Positions 8,838 through 17,858 are shown, counted from the stretch's first letter. The stretch: 48,548 nt of DNA from a virus (IMGVR_UViG_3300037762_000204:1-48548), one strand, 5' to 3'. The notes: generated by a model from the letters alone, not told the origin. A program made the numbers and translations.

Positions 8838-9154
8838 GTCTGGGTGTCCTCGGTGTCCGTGGTGAGGTGGTCGCGGAGGCGGGACAGCGCCTCGCGCATA
8901 GCGGGCTTCGGTCGGGTGGGCCAGCCCTCGCGGGTGCCCTCCCCGGACCGGGCGGCCATGCCGACCAGCGCGCCGACCGCGTGGTGGATACCGGCCGCAC
9001 TGTGGCTGCCCCGCTCCCAGGCTGCGATGTCGAGCAGCAGGTCGATCGCGTCGCTCAGCGTCTCGATGCGCAGGTCGGTGATGAGCTGGTCGGCGGTGTC
9101 GATGTCCTCGCCCGCGGCCAGGAGCTGACGGCGCACCGTGTCGCGGGCGGTCAT
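8834..9154 (-). CDS. Hypothetical protein
   Basis: MTARDTVRRQLL...; ATGA coupling at both ends. Confidence 0.65.
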   Translation of the reverse strand: MTARDTVRRQLLAAGEDIDTADQLITDLRIETLSDAIDLLLDIAAWERGSHSAAGIHHAVGALVGMAARSGEGTREGWPTRPKPAMREALSRLRDHLTTDTEDTQT

Positions 9155-9507
9155 GCCGCCACCTGCTGTCCCGCCGCGGCCGCGGCCAGCAGCGCCGCAG
9201 CGAGTGCGTGGACCTGGTCCCCGTACACCGTCTGTACGCCGCCGCCGAGCATGTCGAGGAACTGCTGCACGCGCTGGTCCCGGTCGTGTGCCGCGTGCGT
9301 GTCCGGGCCCTTGCCGCGGGCCGCACGATCGGCGTCGGCGATGTGCCGCAGCTCGTCGGCGAGGCCGTCGGGGTCCTCCTCGAAGTCGCGGGCGAGGGCG
9401 ACGATGAGCCGGCCGATCAGGTGGGACACGTCGAGCTCGGCGCCGGAGGGGATGCGGCGGACGTACACGCGGTGCGGCCCGTCGACGGGCATGGCCTGGG
9501 TGGTCAT
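9151..9507 (-). CDS. Hypothetical protein
   Basis: MTTQAMPVDGPHRVY...; ATGA coupling. Confidence 0.65.
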   Translation of the reverse strand: MTTQAMPVDGPHRVYVRRIPSGAELDVSHLIGRLIVALARDFEEDPDGLADELRHIADADRAARGKGPDTHAAHDRDQRVQQFLDMLGGGVQTVYGDQVHALAAALLAAAAAGQQVAA

Positions 9508-10448
9508 GCGGCACCCCCGGCGGCATCGGTCAGGGGCTGGCCGTCGATGTCCACCTCGTGGAGCACCACACAGGAGCGTGCTTTGATCTTGTCGTGGCCG
9601 AGGACTACCGCATCGTCCGTGCGGATCTGGCAGGCCAGGAAGCGGGTAGCGCCCTGCTGGTAGCAGCGGGCGTGCTGTGGCGTCTGCGAGAAATGGAGGC
9701 CGTTGCTGCATGCGCGGGTGGCGGCCCAGTCCGGGGCGGTCACGGTCTCGCCGATCGGGTATGCCGTTCCGTGATCGGATGTGAGCTGCTGATCGACAGC
9801 CTTGTAGACAGTGATGGTGCGGCCGGTGATGGTGCAGTCGGTGTAGTCGGCCCAGTCCTCGATGGTGGCGGCGCCCCAGTCTGGGATGCCGATTACGACG
9901 CCGCCGGTGATGGTGGCGGTGGGCGCGAATTGGTGGACAGCGACGTATTTGGTCGCCTGGACGGTGGCTGAGCCGTACGCCCGGACGGTGGCTGAGCCGT
10001 ACGCCCGGACGGTGGCTGAGCCGTACGCCCGGACGGTGGCCGAGCCGGACGCCCGGACGGTGGCCGAGCCGGACGCCCGGACGGTGGCCGAGCCGGACGC
10101 CCGGACGGTGGCTGAGCCGTACGCCTGGACGGTGGCTGAGTCGTGCGCCTGGACGGTGGCCGAGCCGTACGCCCGGACGGTGGCTGAGCCGTACGCCCGG
10201 ACGGTGGCCGAGTCGTACGCCCGGACGGTGGCTGAGCCGTACGCCCGGACGGTGGCCGAGTCGTACGCCCGGACGGTGGCTGAGCCGTGCGCCTGGACGG
10301 TGGCTGAGCCGTGCGCCTGGACGGTGGCCGAGCCGGACGCAGCAGGAATGTGGTAATGGCCGTCGCCGATGCACATGGGGATCACATCATCAGCGGCCAG
10401 TGCCGTCTCAAGCTCGGCCTGGCTGTGCACATTGTGGTACTTGATCAT
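9504..10448 (-). CDS. Octapeptide-repeat (probable beta-helix) protein with a conserved phage C-terminal domain
   Basis: 16 copies of [YHS][GD]SATV[RQ]A, then YKAVD...YPIG...CSNGLHF...KIKARSC. Confidence 0.8.
   Translation of the reverse strand: MIKYHNVHSQAELETALAADDVIPMCIGDGHYHIPAASGSATVQAHGSATVQAHGSATVRAYDSATVRAYGSATVRAYDSATVRAYGSATVRAYGSATVQAHDSATVQAYGSATVRASGSATVRASGSATVRASGSATVRAYGSATVRAYGSATVRAYGSATVQATKYVAVHQFAPTATITGGVVIGIPDWGAATIEDWADYTDCTITGRTITVYKAVDQQLTSDHGTAYPIGETVTAPDWAATRACSNGLHFSQTPQHARCYQQGATRFLACQIRTDDAVVLGHDKIKARSCVVLHEVDIDGQPLTDAAGGAA
9955..10338. repeat. Tandem 24-bp repeat x16 (coding VNTR)
   Basis: GCCYGGACGGTGGCYGAGYCG(T/G)RC units, head to tail with no spacers. Confidence 0.95.
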
Positions 10449-10597
10449 CGGGATTCCCCTCGTGGTGCGCGGTGGCGGGCGGCGGGCTTGGGGTTCTGGC
10501 GGCGGTCGGCGCGGGTGTCCTGACGGCCCAGGACGGTCAGGACCGAGCCCCACGCCACGGCCAGGGCGTCGAGGGCGAGGACCATGCGGTGGCTCAT
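10445..10597 (-). CDS. 50-aa membrane peptide
   Basis: MSHRMVLALDALAVAWGSVLTVLG...; coupled at both ends; below the ORF-track cutoff. Confidence 0.55.
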   Translation of the reverse strand: MSHRMVLALDALAVAWGSVLTVLGRQDTRADRRQNPKPAARHRAPRGESR

Positions 10598-10884
10598 TCC
10601 TCGGCCCCCAGGCTGTACTCGGTGGCCACGGCGTCGGTGGCGGCCTGCTCGATCAGCGCGTATGCGATCGGGTCCTCATCAGCTATCCGGTCCTCGGCCG
10701 CGGCAGCCTCCAGCTCGCCGATACGGTGCCGCAGCACGGCCTGCTCGGCCGGGGTGGTGAGCCACCCGGCGGCGTCGAGGAGGCTCATGGCCTGTGACAG
10801 CGGGTCATACAGCGGGTTGGGGCATTCGATCAGCGTCTCGTTGACCAGGCGCAGCGCGGCCTGTGCACGGCTCGACATGCTCAT
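10594..10884 (-). CDS. Hypothetical protein
   Basis: 96 aa, coupled. Confidence 0.65.
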   Translation of the reverse strand: MSMSSRAQAALRLVNETLIECPNPLYDPLSQAMSLLDAAGWLTTPAEQAVLRHRIGELEAAAAEDRIADEDPIAYALIEQAATDAVATEYSLGAEE

Positions 10885-11213
10885 CGCCGCACCGCCTCAA
10901 GGACGTCGTGCGTGGCGGGCTCGTCGACGGCGGCCACGGCCATGACCCGCACCTGCACCGGATCACTGCAGGGCCGGGGCGCGGTGGTGTGCAGGACCCA
11001 CGTCTGCACGCCATCCCACTCGTGCACGCGGATGTGGCCGCCTGTCGCCTGCAGCCACCGGGAGAGGTCATCGACGTCGGTGACGGTGACGTACGCGGCG
11101 TCGGGCCGTCCGACGAGGACCGGCGCGGGCAGCCCCGTGCGGTCGATGAGGCACTCGACCGCGAAACGGTTGTCGCTGGCCTGCACCCACGCGGGGCGGG
11201 TCGGGGCGCTCAT
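10881..11213 (-). CDS. Hypothetical protein
   Basis: MSAPTRPAWVQASDNRF...; coupled. Confidence 0.65.
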   Translation of the reverse strand: MSAPTRPAWVQASDNRFAVECLIDRTGLPAPVLVGRPDAAYVTVTDVDDLSRWLQATGGHIRVHEWDGVQTWVLHTTAPRPCSDPVQVRVMAVAAVDEPATHDVLEAVRR

Positions 11214-11587
11214 TCCGGCACCACCGTGCAGGCCGAGTCCGCGTCGAGATCGCACACCTGATGCCGTTGCTCGGCGAGCTGGCACTCGCGGTACCAGGCG
11301 CCGGACTCGGCGAGCGGTACGTCGATCGAGACCCGGACCGGCACGCCCTGCCAGGTAGTGGCCAGCTCGTGCGTCCGCAACTTGGTGTCGCCGAACATGA
11401 ACTGGCGCAGCGGGCGGATGCTGCCGCCCAGCGCTTCGGCGTAGGCGCGGATGCTGTCGAAGTCGGTGGCGAGCAGGTCGAGGTGGATGTGACGCCCGAC
11501 GATGACGGTGCGCGCCATCTCGGGGAGGTCGGGGTGCTCGGCGCGGAGCCGCTCAAGGGCGGTGGCCGGGCTAGGCTTCAGGCTCAT
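11210..11587 (-). CDS. Hypothetical protein
   Basis: 125 aa, GAGAGG RBS. Confidence 0.65.
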   Translation of the reverse strand: MSLKPSPATALERLRAEHPDLPEMARTVIVGRHIHLDLLATDFDSIRAYAEALGGSIRPLRQFMFGDTKLRTHELATTWQGVPVRVSIDVPLAESGAWYRECQLAEQRHQVCDLDADSACTVVPE

Positions 11588-11663
11588 GGCCTGCCTCTCT
11601 TCGTGTGTGGGCGGGGCGGGTCAGGGGTCGTCGGGTGTCGTCCGGCGGCCCCGCTTACGTGGG

Positions 11664-11843
11664 TCAGGCGGCGGGGTTGGCCGTCTTCCGGTGGCGGGCC
11701 GTGGCGAACGCGGCGCGGATCTGCTCGCGCTGCTCGATGCTGAGCGGGGGCGCGGCGTCGACGATGCGGCGGGCTGTGGCGACCGCGGCAGGGCCGAGAC
11801 GGCGGACGGCAGCGGCCCGGTCGAACGGGCGGACGGCGGTCAC
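11664..11843 (-). CDS. Small protein, possibly a recombination directionality factor
   Basis: RRIVDAAPPLSIEQREQI motif in the first early operon of a serine-integrase phage; the function is inferred. Confidence 0.55.
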   Translation of the reverse strand: MTAVRPFDRAAAVRRLGPAAVATARRIVDAAPPLSIEQREQIRAAFATARHRKTANPAA

Positions 11844-12646
11844 AGCGCGCCACCTTCGATGGCGAGTTGGGTGGGAAACTGATCCGCGTAGTAGCGATCC
11901 CAGGTCTCCTCGAACAGCAGCCGGTGCCGCTCGGTCCAGGCGTATGTCTCGCGGACTGATCCGTTCGGCAGGTCCGACTGACGTTTCCCGGGCTTCTCGC
12001 CGTGCTCCGCCTCGTGCAGAGTGGCGACGCGGCGCCCGAACCATGACTGCACCGATTCGATCTGCTTGCGCTTCAGGCCCTTGGACTTGAGGAAGTCCGG
12101 CACATACAGCGGCGCTTCCAGCGGGTCGATCTCGGGCTCTTCGCCAAGCGCCCGCGCGGCGACCATGCGGGCCTTCGTTTCCAGCCACGCGGCATCGACG
12201 ATGCCGGACAGGACACTCAGCACCTCGGCCTGCTGCTTGGCGCGGGAGACCAGAGAGTCGAGCTGGTCTTCAGTGGCGCGCGGGTTGATCGCTCCACCCT
12301 GCGTCCAGTACGCCTCGATGACGTCGGCGGTCTCGTTCTGGAAGGCAACCAGCGTGGACCGGATCTCTTCCGCGACGTTGTTCTCGTTGATGGTGGCCAG
12401 CAGCATCAGGAAGGTGCGTACTGGAACGACCTTCATGTCGTAGGTCTTGCCGTCGGCCCCAGTCGTTGCCCTCTGAGCAACGACTGCCCAGGAGCGGGTC
12501 TTGAGCTTGCGGTACTGGGCTGCGTAGCTGAGCCCCAGTTCCTCGATCGCGGGCCTCAGCACGATGTGCGGCTTGCCATCGATCAGCGTCGCGTGGATGG
12601 AGCCTGCGGACAGGTCGAGCTTCACGACCTCTGTCTGTGTCGTCAT
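11840..12646 (-). CDS. Phage antirepressor (P22 Ant N-terminal-type domain)
   Basis: PHIVLRPAIEELGLSYAAQYRKL...GADGKTYDM...FQNETADVIEAYWTQG. Confidence 0.85.
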   Translation of the reverse strand: MTTQTEVVKLDLSAGSIHATLIDGKPHIVLRPAIEELGLSYAAQYRKLKTRSWAVVAQRATTGADGKTYDMKVVPVRTFLMLLATINENNVAEEIRSTLVAFQNETADVIEAYWTQGGAINPRATEDQLDSLVSRAKQQAEVLSVLSGIVDAAWLETKARMVAARALGEEPEIDPLEAPLYVPDFLKSKGLKRKQIESVQSWFGRRVATLHEAEHGEKPGKRQSDLPNGSVRETYAWTERHRLLFEETWDRYYADQFPTQLAIEGGAL

Positions 12647-12963
12647 GCCGCACCTGCTTTGGCTGCGACGGACACGGCCGGGGTGCTGTCGGCTTCGGGT
12701 TCGTCGGGGTCCTGGACGCTGCGGCCGGTGGGGGCCCACAGCACCAGCAGGTCGACGCCGAGCGTGCGGCAGATGCCGTGGGCGGTGTCGTGCCTGGTGG
12801 TCTTGGTGTGGCCCTGGAGGAGGTCGTTGATTCCCCCGTGCGATACGCCGACGGCGGTTGCGAGTTCGCGGACGCTGATGCTGGAGCCGGTTCCGGTCCG
12901 CTCCATGAGTAGGCGTAGTCGGTCTGGGCCGACTAGCCGGTATCGGGGTGCGGGATCTGTCAC
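12643..12963 (-). CDS. Cro-like HTH regulator
   Basis: ISVRELATAVGVSHGGINDLLQG...ICRTLGV; GAGAGG RBS before the GTG; divergent from the CI-like gene. Confidence 0.8.
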   Translation of the reverse strand: MTDPAPRYRLVGPDRLRLLMERTGTGSSISVRELATAVGVSHGGINDLLQGHTKTTRHDTAHGICRTLGVDLLVLWAPTGRSVQDPDEPEADSTPAVSVAAKAGAA

Positions 12964-12974
12964 GTCATGCCTCT

Positions 12975-13120
12975 CGGACGGAGTGTCTGGAAATCCGGAC
13001 AGCCCCAGCATGGCAGATCACCGGACGATGTGTCCAGATTTTCGGACGGGCCAATCTCGATTCAGCCAATGCATCGATGCGCACTGGTCTACGCGGCCGG
13101 AAACGTGGACACTCTGTCCG
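12975..13120. promoter_or_regulatory. Three operator-like sites, consensus CGGACRRWGTGTCYR
   Basis: CGGACGGAGTGTCTG (12975), CGGACGATGTGTCCA (13022) and TGGACACTCTGTCCG (13106, reverse complement CGGACAGAGTGTCCA). Confidence 0.65.
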
Positions 13121-13212
13121 GTAAGCGATTCGATACGGCGCGCCGAGCGATCCAGCAGGCGTACCGGGGGCCGCGTGGACACCTCACTGCCCATAACGAC
13201 CTAAAGGTTGGA

Positions 13213-13614
13213 ATGATCATGACAGACGAGAGGGCGGACCTGTCCGATCTCGTGCGCAGCCGACGCGCCGAACTACGGCTCGGGCTGCGCGGACTCGCCG
13301 AGCGCTGCATCGATCCCGAAAACCCAGAGGCCGGCTCCCTGTGGACCCGCACCACCCTCAACACCCTGGAGATCGGGAAGATCAAACCTCCGCGCCTTCC
13401 CGAGCTGCGTGCTCTGGCACGGGGTCTCGACCTCCCGCTTGGCAGGCTTCAGGACGCGGCCGGCGCCCAGTTCTTCGGCATCGACACCATCTGGTCCACC
13501 AGCGGCGAAGCCCGCGCCCTCATCGAAAGCGCCGACCGGATGACACCCCAACAGCGCGCCCAACTCATGCGCCTACTGGATGCGTTCGCGCAAGGGAATC
13601 AGTCGAATCCATAG
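13213..13614 (+). CDS. XRE-family immunity repressor
   Basis: LSDLVRSRRAELRLGLRGLAERC...LNTLE...PELRALARGLDLP. Confidence 0.8.
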   Translation: MIMTDERADLSDLVRSRRAELRLGLRGLAERCIDPENPEAGSLWTRTTLNTLEIGKIKPPRLPELRALARGLDLPLGRLQDAAGAQFFGIDTIWSTSGEARALIESADRMTPQQRAQLMRLLDAFAQGNQSNP

Positions 13615-13738
13615 TTCAACACTGCACAAACTGGCAGCATGTGTGACCCGCCACCGGCGGTTTCGAATCCAGCGGCCCCCGCACGCCCATCTACACAGGC
13701 ACGCGCGCGAGGCTGCCGCTGCCACGTAGGGGGATCGC

Positions 13739-13975
13739 ATGGATGGAAGACCAGTCATCCGCATCGAGACCAGCAGACTGCTGCCAGACGGGACCGACGT
13801 CGTACGCCTCGAACGCCCGGGCGAGACCGTCATCCTCATCCGCGAAGGGCACACCAGCCCAGAGCTCGTCGGCCAGCTCAACCGCCATCTCCGGCACATA
13901 GCCTGGCAGGATGGAACCCAGGGCTCAACCGTCCGCACCGGCGTGACCAGCGGGTTTAACACGGCTCTTGGATAA
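13739..13975 (+). CDS. Small hypothetical protein between the repressor and the integrase
   Basis: AGGGGGA RBS, 78 aa. Confidence 0.6.
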   Translation: MDGRPVIRIETSRLLPDGTDVVRLERPGETVILIREGHTSPELVGQLNRHLRHIAWQDGTQGSTVRTGVTSGFNTALG

Positions 13976-14029
13976 TGTTCGATCTCGCGAACCGGACGCG
14001 GGAACCCTCATCGCGTGCCATGCTGAGCC

Positions 14030-15445
14030 ATGCTCACCACTACACCCGCCATCCCGACCCGCGCCCTCATCTACTGCAGAATGTCGCGAGATAGGGAGGG
14101 CGCCGGGCTCGGCATCGAGCGCCAGCTGGAGGATTGTGAGCAGCTCGCCCGCCAGCTCGGTGTCGAGATCATCGCCACCTACGCCGACAACGACCTGTCC
14201 GCCTACAGCGGCAAGCCCCGCCCCGACTACCTGCGGCTCCTCGAGGACCTCCGCGCCGGGCGCGCAGACACTGTCCTCGCGTGGCACACCGACCGCCTCC
14301 ACCGCTCCCCAGCCGAACTGGAGGAGTACATCGATGTGTGCGAGCCACGCCGTATCCAGACCCGCACCGTCAAAGCCGGGCACCTCGACCTCACCACCGC
14401 CACCGGGCGGATGATCGCCCGGCAGCTCGGCGTCCAAGCCCGCTACGAAGTGGAGCGCATGGTCGAGCGGCAGAAACGCTCGCGGGACCAGATGGCGCAG
14501 CACGGCCGGTGGTTCGGCGGGCGCCGGCCTTTCGGGTACGCGGCGGACGGCATGACCATGGTCGACGCGGAGGCCGCCGCCATACGCGAAGCGGCCGACG
14601 CAGTCCTCGCCGGCGCGTCACTGCGGTCCATCGCCGCCGAGTGGAACGAGGCCGGAATCCTCACCAGCACCGGCGGCCCATGGGAGGCCCCCGAGGTGCG
14701 CAGCATGCTCCTCCGCCCCCGCAACGCGGGGATCGTGCGACACCGCGGGGAAGAGGCCGGCCCGGCCCTGTGGCCCGCGGTCCTCGACGAGCCGCTGTGG
14801 CGCAGCATGTGCGCGCTCCTCGAAGACCCAGCCCGGCGCACCACACCCAGCAACGAGCGCAAACACCTGGGCTCAGGCATCTACGTGTGCGGGCTGTGCG
14901 GGCAGACGATGCGCTGCTCCACCAGCAACAAGGGCAAGGGCGGGCAGTACTTCGCGGCCTACAGCTGCCGGGCGAGCAAGCACGTTGTCCGCAGGTGTGA
15001 TCCGCTGGATGACTACATCCGTCTGCTGATCCTCGACAGGGTGTCCCGGCCGGATGCCGCCGACCTGCTCGCTGAGCGGGAGGACCCGGTCGATGTGCGC
15101 GGGGCGCAGCGGGATATGCGGCAGGCGCGGGCGACGCTGGACGAGCTGGCGGCCGAGCTGGGCGCTGGCGGGATGGACATGCAGGAGTGGCGTGCCGCGT
15201 CGGCGGCTGTGCGCGGCCGCTTGAGGGCTGCGGAGGATGTGCTGGGCCGGGCTGTGCAGGTGAACCCCGTGGCCGGGCTCGTCGGGGCCGAGGACATTGA
15301 GGCGGGGTGGAACCGGATCGGTCTGTCGCGGCAGCGGGCGGTGCTTGTCTATCTGATGTCGGTCACGGTGCGCCCGGCTCGGCGCGGCCGGCTACCGGGC
15401 GGCACCTATTTCGATGCGGACTCGGTCGAGGTGGTGTGGCGCTGA
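14030..15445 (+). CDS. int: Large serine integrase
   Basis: IYCRMS catalytic Ser, DNDLSA...RP, DRLHRS, recombinase domain, and Zn ribbon CGLCG...YSC... Confidence 0.95.
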   Translation: MLTTTPAIPTRALIYCRMSRDREGAGLGIERQLEDCEQLARQLGVEIIATYADNDLSAYSGKPRPDYLRLLEDLRAGRADTVLAWHTDRLHRSPAELEEYIDVCEPRRIQTRTVKAGHLDLTTATGRMIARQLGVQARYEVERMVERQKRSRDQMAQHGRWFGGRRPFGYAADGMTMVDAEAAAIREAADAVLAGASLRSIAAEWNEAGILTSTGGPWEAPEVRSMLLRPRNAGIVRHRGEEAGPALWPAVLDEPLWRSMCALLEDPARRTTPSNERKHLGSGIYVCGLCGQTMRCSTSNKGKGGQYFAAYSCRASKHVVRRCDPLDDYIRLLILDRVSRPDAADLLAEREDPVDVRGAQRDMRQARATLDELAAELGAGGMDMQEWRAASAAVRGRLRAAEDVLGRAVQVNPVAGLVGAEDIEAGWNRIGLSRQRAVLVYLMSVTVRPARRGRLPGGTYFDADSVEVVWR

Positions 15446-15506
15446 GGAGGCCCCGGCCGCGCGGGGCGTGTGCTCTGACCAGGCTTTTTCGGCGTTCACC
15501 GAAGGA

Positions 15507-15544
15507 GGCCCCGGCCGCCTACGGGGGCAGCGGCGGCCGGGGCC
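15507..15544. terminator. GC-rich hairpin between convergent genes
   Basis: GGCCCCGGCCGCC...GGCGGCCGGGGCC. Confidence 0.6.
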
Positions 15545-15603
15545 TGGTCCCGCTCCCGGTCTCGACCTGTCCAGGGCTGGCACCGGGGCGGGAGTGTGGG
15601 TGC

Positions 15604-15720
15604 TCAGGCACCGTACAGGTCCCACACGGCGGCCGTCGCGAACAGTACGGCGATCAGGGCGAGGAAGCCGATGACCGCGGGGAGAGCCAGGCAGCCGCAG
15701 GGGCGCCGGTCATCCGTCAC
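15604..15720 (-). CDS. 38-aa membrane peptide
   Basis: MTDDRRPCGCLALPAVIGFLALIAVLFATAAVWDLYGA. Confidence 0.45.
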   Translation of the reverse strand: MTDDRRPCGCLALPAVIGFLALIAVLFATAAVWDLYGA

Positions 15721-16048
15721 GGCCGGGGTCCGGGGGGACAGCGGCGGTCAGGTCTGCGAGGGTCAAGGGCGGGCCGGGCGTACGACGCACAGTCTGGTGG
15801 ACCAGCAGCAGGGCCCCGCCCATCGGGCAGGCCCCGAGGTCGTGGCACGCCTGGCAGCCCGCGGCGTGCTCGAAGGCCATGCGCCACGCGGTGGCCTCAC
15901 TCAGATATGCCGGCGCGCAGACGGGGCAGGCGTAGACCGCCCAGCCCGGACCGGAGTTGCCCTCGATCCAGCGGATGAGGACCGGCGTACTGGTGGTGCG
16001 CGCGCAGTGCACGCACGTCTCGATGTGGGCGGTGGGCGGTAGAGTCAT
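15710..16048 (-). CDS. Small Zn-finger protein
   Basis: CVHC...SGPGWAVYACPVC...H..GC..C; divergent from the GntR gene. Confidence 0.65.
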   Translation of the reverse strand: MTLPPTAHIETCVHCARTTSTPVLIRWIEGNSGPGWAVYACPVCAPAYLSEATAWRMAFEHAAGCQACHDLGACPMGGALLLVHQTVRRTPGPPLTLADLTAAVPPDPGRDG

Positions 16049-16209
16049 GGTGTCGCCTGTCCTCATCAGTCGTCCACGCCCCCGGGTCGGTCACACGGCC
16101 GCGGGGGTGTTCTTGTGCACCCAGCGTATCCAGAAAGACACGGCATGCCATAGACCGCGTGGCGTACTGCCGATCGCCTGGCAGATCATGGACGCCTACC
16201 GTCTGCCGC

Positions 16210-16449
16210 ATGGAGCTCGCCGACAACCGCCCGAAGTGGAGGCAGGTCCACGAGGTCATCCTCGAACGGATCCGCGCCGGGCAGTACCCGCCCGGTGCCA
16301 GGGTGCCCTCCGTGGTGCAGCTGCAGGGCGAGTTCGGGATCGCCAACGTGACCGCGCAGAAAGTCCTGCGGCAGCTCCGCGCGGACGGGCTGACCGTCAC
16401 CGAGCCCGGCATGGGCTCATTCGTCGCCGACCAGCCACCCCGGACATGA
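16210..16449 (+). CDS. GntR-family wHTH regulator (stand-alone domain)
   Basis: KWRQV...I..GQYPPGARVPS...EFGI...T..K.L..L...G....PGMGSFV; TACCGT sits 7 nt upstream (leaderless). Confidence 0.9.
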   Translation: MELADNRPKWRQVHEVILERIRAGQYPPGARVPSVVQLQGEFGIANVTAQKVLRQLRADGLTVTEPGMGSFVADQPPRT

Positions 16450-16453
16450 CGAA

Positions 16454-16483
16454 GCGCCCCGCCCCCTGTAGAGGGCGGGGCGC
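16454..16483. terminator. Hairpin between convergent genes
   Basis: GCGCCCCGCCC...GGGCGGGGCGC. Confidence 0.7.
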
Positions 16484-16498
16484 AGCACAGGCCCGGTA

Positions 16499-17098
16499 TC
16501 AGTCCGGCACGGACGACCACGTGCCATCCAAGAATGCGTCGATCGTCGACGGCAGCCACTGCGGAGTGCGGCCCACATACCGGTCAGCCTGCGGAGCCTG
16601 CCCCCGCGCCGTGTACGCACTCCACGTCGACACCGAGATACCCCGGCCGCAGCCCCGCATATACGCCAGCACCTGGCCGCGCGTCAGGTACTGATCCGCG
16701 GCCCCGGCCTCCAGCGACGGGACCGGCGTGCGGGGGTGTGCGCCGAGGATGTGCCAGTCCCGTGGGATCTTCCGCGCCTCCCGCTCCAGCCACTCCACAG
16801 CAGTCATCGGCGACGTGGCCGGGAAGCGGGACCACCCGTTCCACGGCCGCCGCTCCGGCTGCGCGGCCCGCTCTGGCGTGTACCACATCTCCCAGTGCGG
16901 CTCAGTCTCGCGGAGCGGCTTGTCGCGCTCGACCCAGATGTCCAGCGGCTGGTGGCCGGAGCACTGGGCGATGGCCTCGGCCACGGTGCGGGCCCGGGGG
17001 GTGAGCTGGTCGAGGTCGATGTCCTCGCGGTAGCCGAGGACGAGCTGGTCGTTCTCGTCGTAGGCGTCGTGCCGCAGCTTGAGGCTGATTGTGCTCAC
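16499..17098 (-). CDS. Hypothetical protein with a C-terminal HTH (MerR/excisionase-like)
   Basis: LTRGQVLAYM...ISVSTWSAY..RGQAPQAD..VGRTPQW...ID; AGGAG RBS. Confidence 0.7.
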   Translation of the reverse strand: MSTISLKLRHDAYDENDQLVLGYREDIDLDQLTPRARTVAEAIAQCSGHQPLDIWVERDKPLRETEPHWEMWYTPERAAQPERRPWNGWSRFPATSPMTAVEWLEREARKIPRDWHILGAHPRTPVPSLEAGAADQYLTRGQVLAYMRGCGRGISVSTWSAYTARGQAPQADRYVGRTPQWLPSTIDAFLDGTWSSVPD

Positions 17099-17129
17099 AG
17101 CAATCTCCTGGTGTCGGGGTGTCGGGTGG

Positions 17130-17711
17130 TCAGTACTCGTCGTTGTTGAGGTAGCGGTCCTCTTCGGCGGCGGCGCGGCGCTCGGCTTCCATCGCGGCGG
17201 CGGAGGTCTTGTCCTCGGCCTCGCGGACGAGCTGTGCGAGGCGCGGTGCTGCGTCGAGGCGGGTGAGGTCTACCAGGTAGACGGCGCCCGCGACGCCCGG
17301 GTGCCGGGGGATCTCGCCGAGCTCCTGGTCCAGGCCGAGGGTCTCCAGGGTGATGCCGTAGTCGCCGTAGGTCTGGCGGGTGTGGCCGAGGTAGACCTGC
17401 TCGCCAGCGAATTTTCCGGAGAGGGTGATGGGCTGGCCGGTCTCGAAGGCGGAGCGGAGGGTGTCGGCGGGGCCGACGGCGCCGATGTGGCCGCGGTGGC
17501 GGCGGGTGCGGCTGGTGAGGGTGATGGGGATGTCGGGCATGGCGGCCTTCCTGGTGCGGCGTGCGCCGATGGCGATGCGGTGGGCGAGGGAGGCGGTGTC
17601 GATGACCCAGCGGCCGGACTGCTTGACGGCGGTGATGACTCCGGCGCGGCACCAGTGGCGGATGGTGGGGATGGTGACTCCGGCGGTGGTGGCGGCTGTG
17701 GTGGTGTTCAT
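17130..17711 (-). CDS. Protein with an N-terminal excisionase-like HTH
   Basis: MNTTTAATTAGVTIPTIRHWCRAGVITAVKQSGRWVID; GGGAGG RBS. Confidence 0.75.
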   Translation of the reverse strand: MNTTTAATTAGVTIPTIRHWCRAGVITAVKQSGRWVIDTASLAHRIAIGARRTRKAAMPDIPITLTSRTRRHRGHIGAVGPADTLRSAFETGQPITLSGKFAGEQVYLGHTRQTYGDYGITLETLGLDQELGEIPRHPGVAGAVYLVDLTRLDAAPRLAQLVREAEDKTSAAAMEAERRAAAEEDRYLNNDEY

Positions 17712-17738
17712 TGGTGCCTCCCTCTTGCTGATACCCAG

Positions 17739-17777
17739 ACTCTACAGCGCCAAGCTGTACAGAGTCAAGCTGTACAG
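17739..17777 (-). promoter_or_regulatory. Housekeeping-sigma promoter overlapped by CTGTACAG palindromes
   Basis: TTGACT-N18-TAGAGT on the minus strand; CAAGCTGTACAG occurs twice (17751, 17766). Confidence 0.75.
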
Positions 17778-17798
17778 GGGGCAGTGCTCGGGACGCAC

Positions 17799-17846
17799 AA
17801 AAAGCCCCTGCCCGCCAGCCCACGAAGGGCCAGCAGACAGGGGCGC
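17799..17846 (-). terminator. Intrinsic terminator ending the late/lysis operon
   Basis: GCCCCTGTCTGCTGGCCC-TTCG-TGGGCTGGCGGGCAGGGGC-TTTTT. Confidence 0.8.
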
Positions 17847-17858
17847 AGTCGCGCTGTA

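Noticed and set aside
9955-10338. 24-bp repeats as a CRISPR array
   Set aside because: The units are contiguous with no unique spacers, they are in frame within a CDS, and there are no cas genes.
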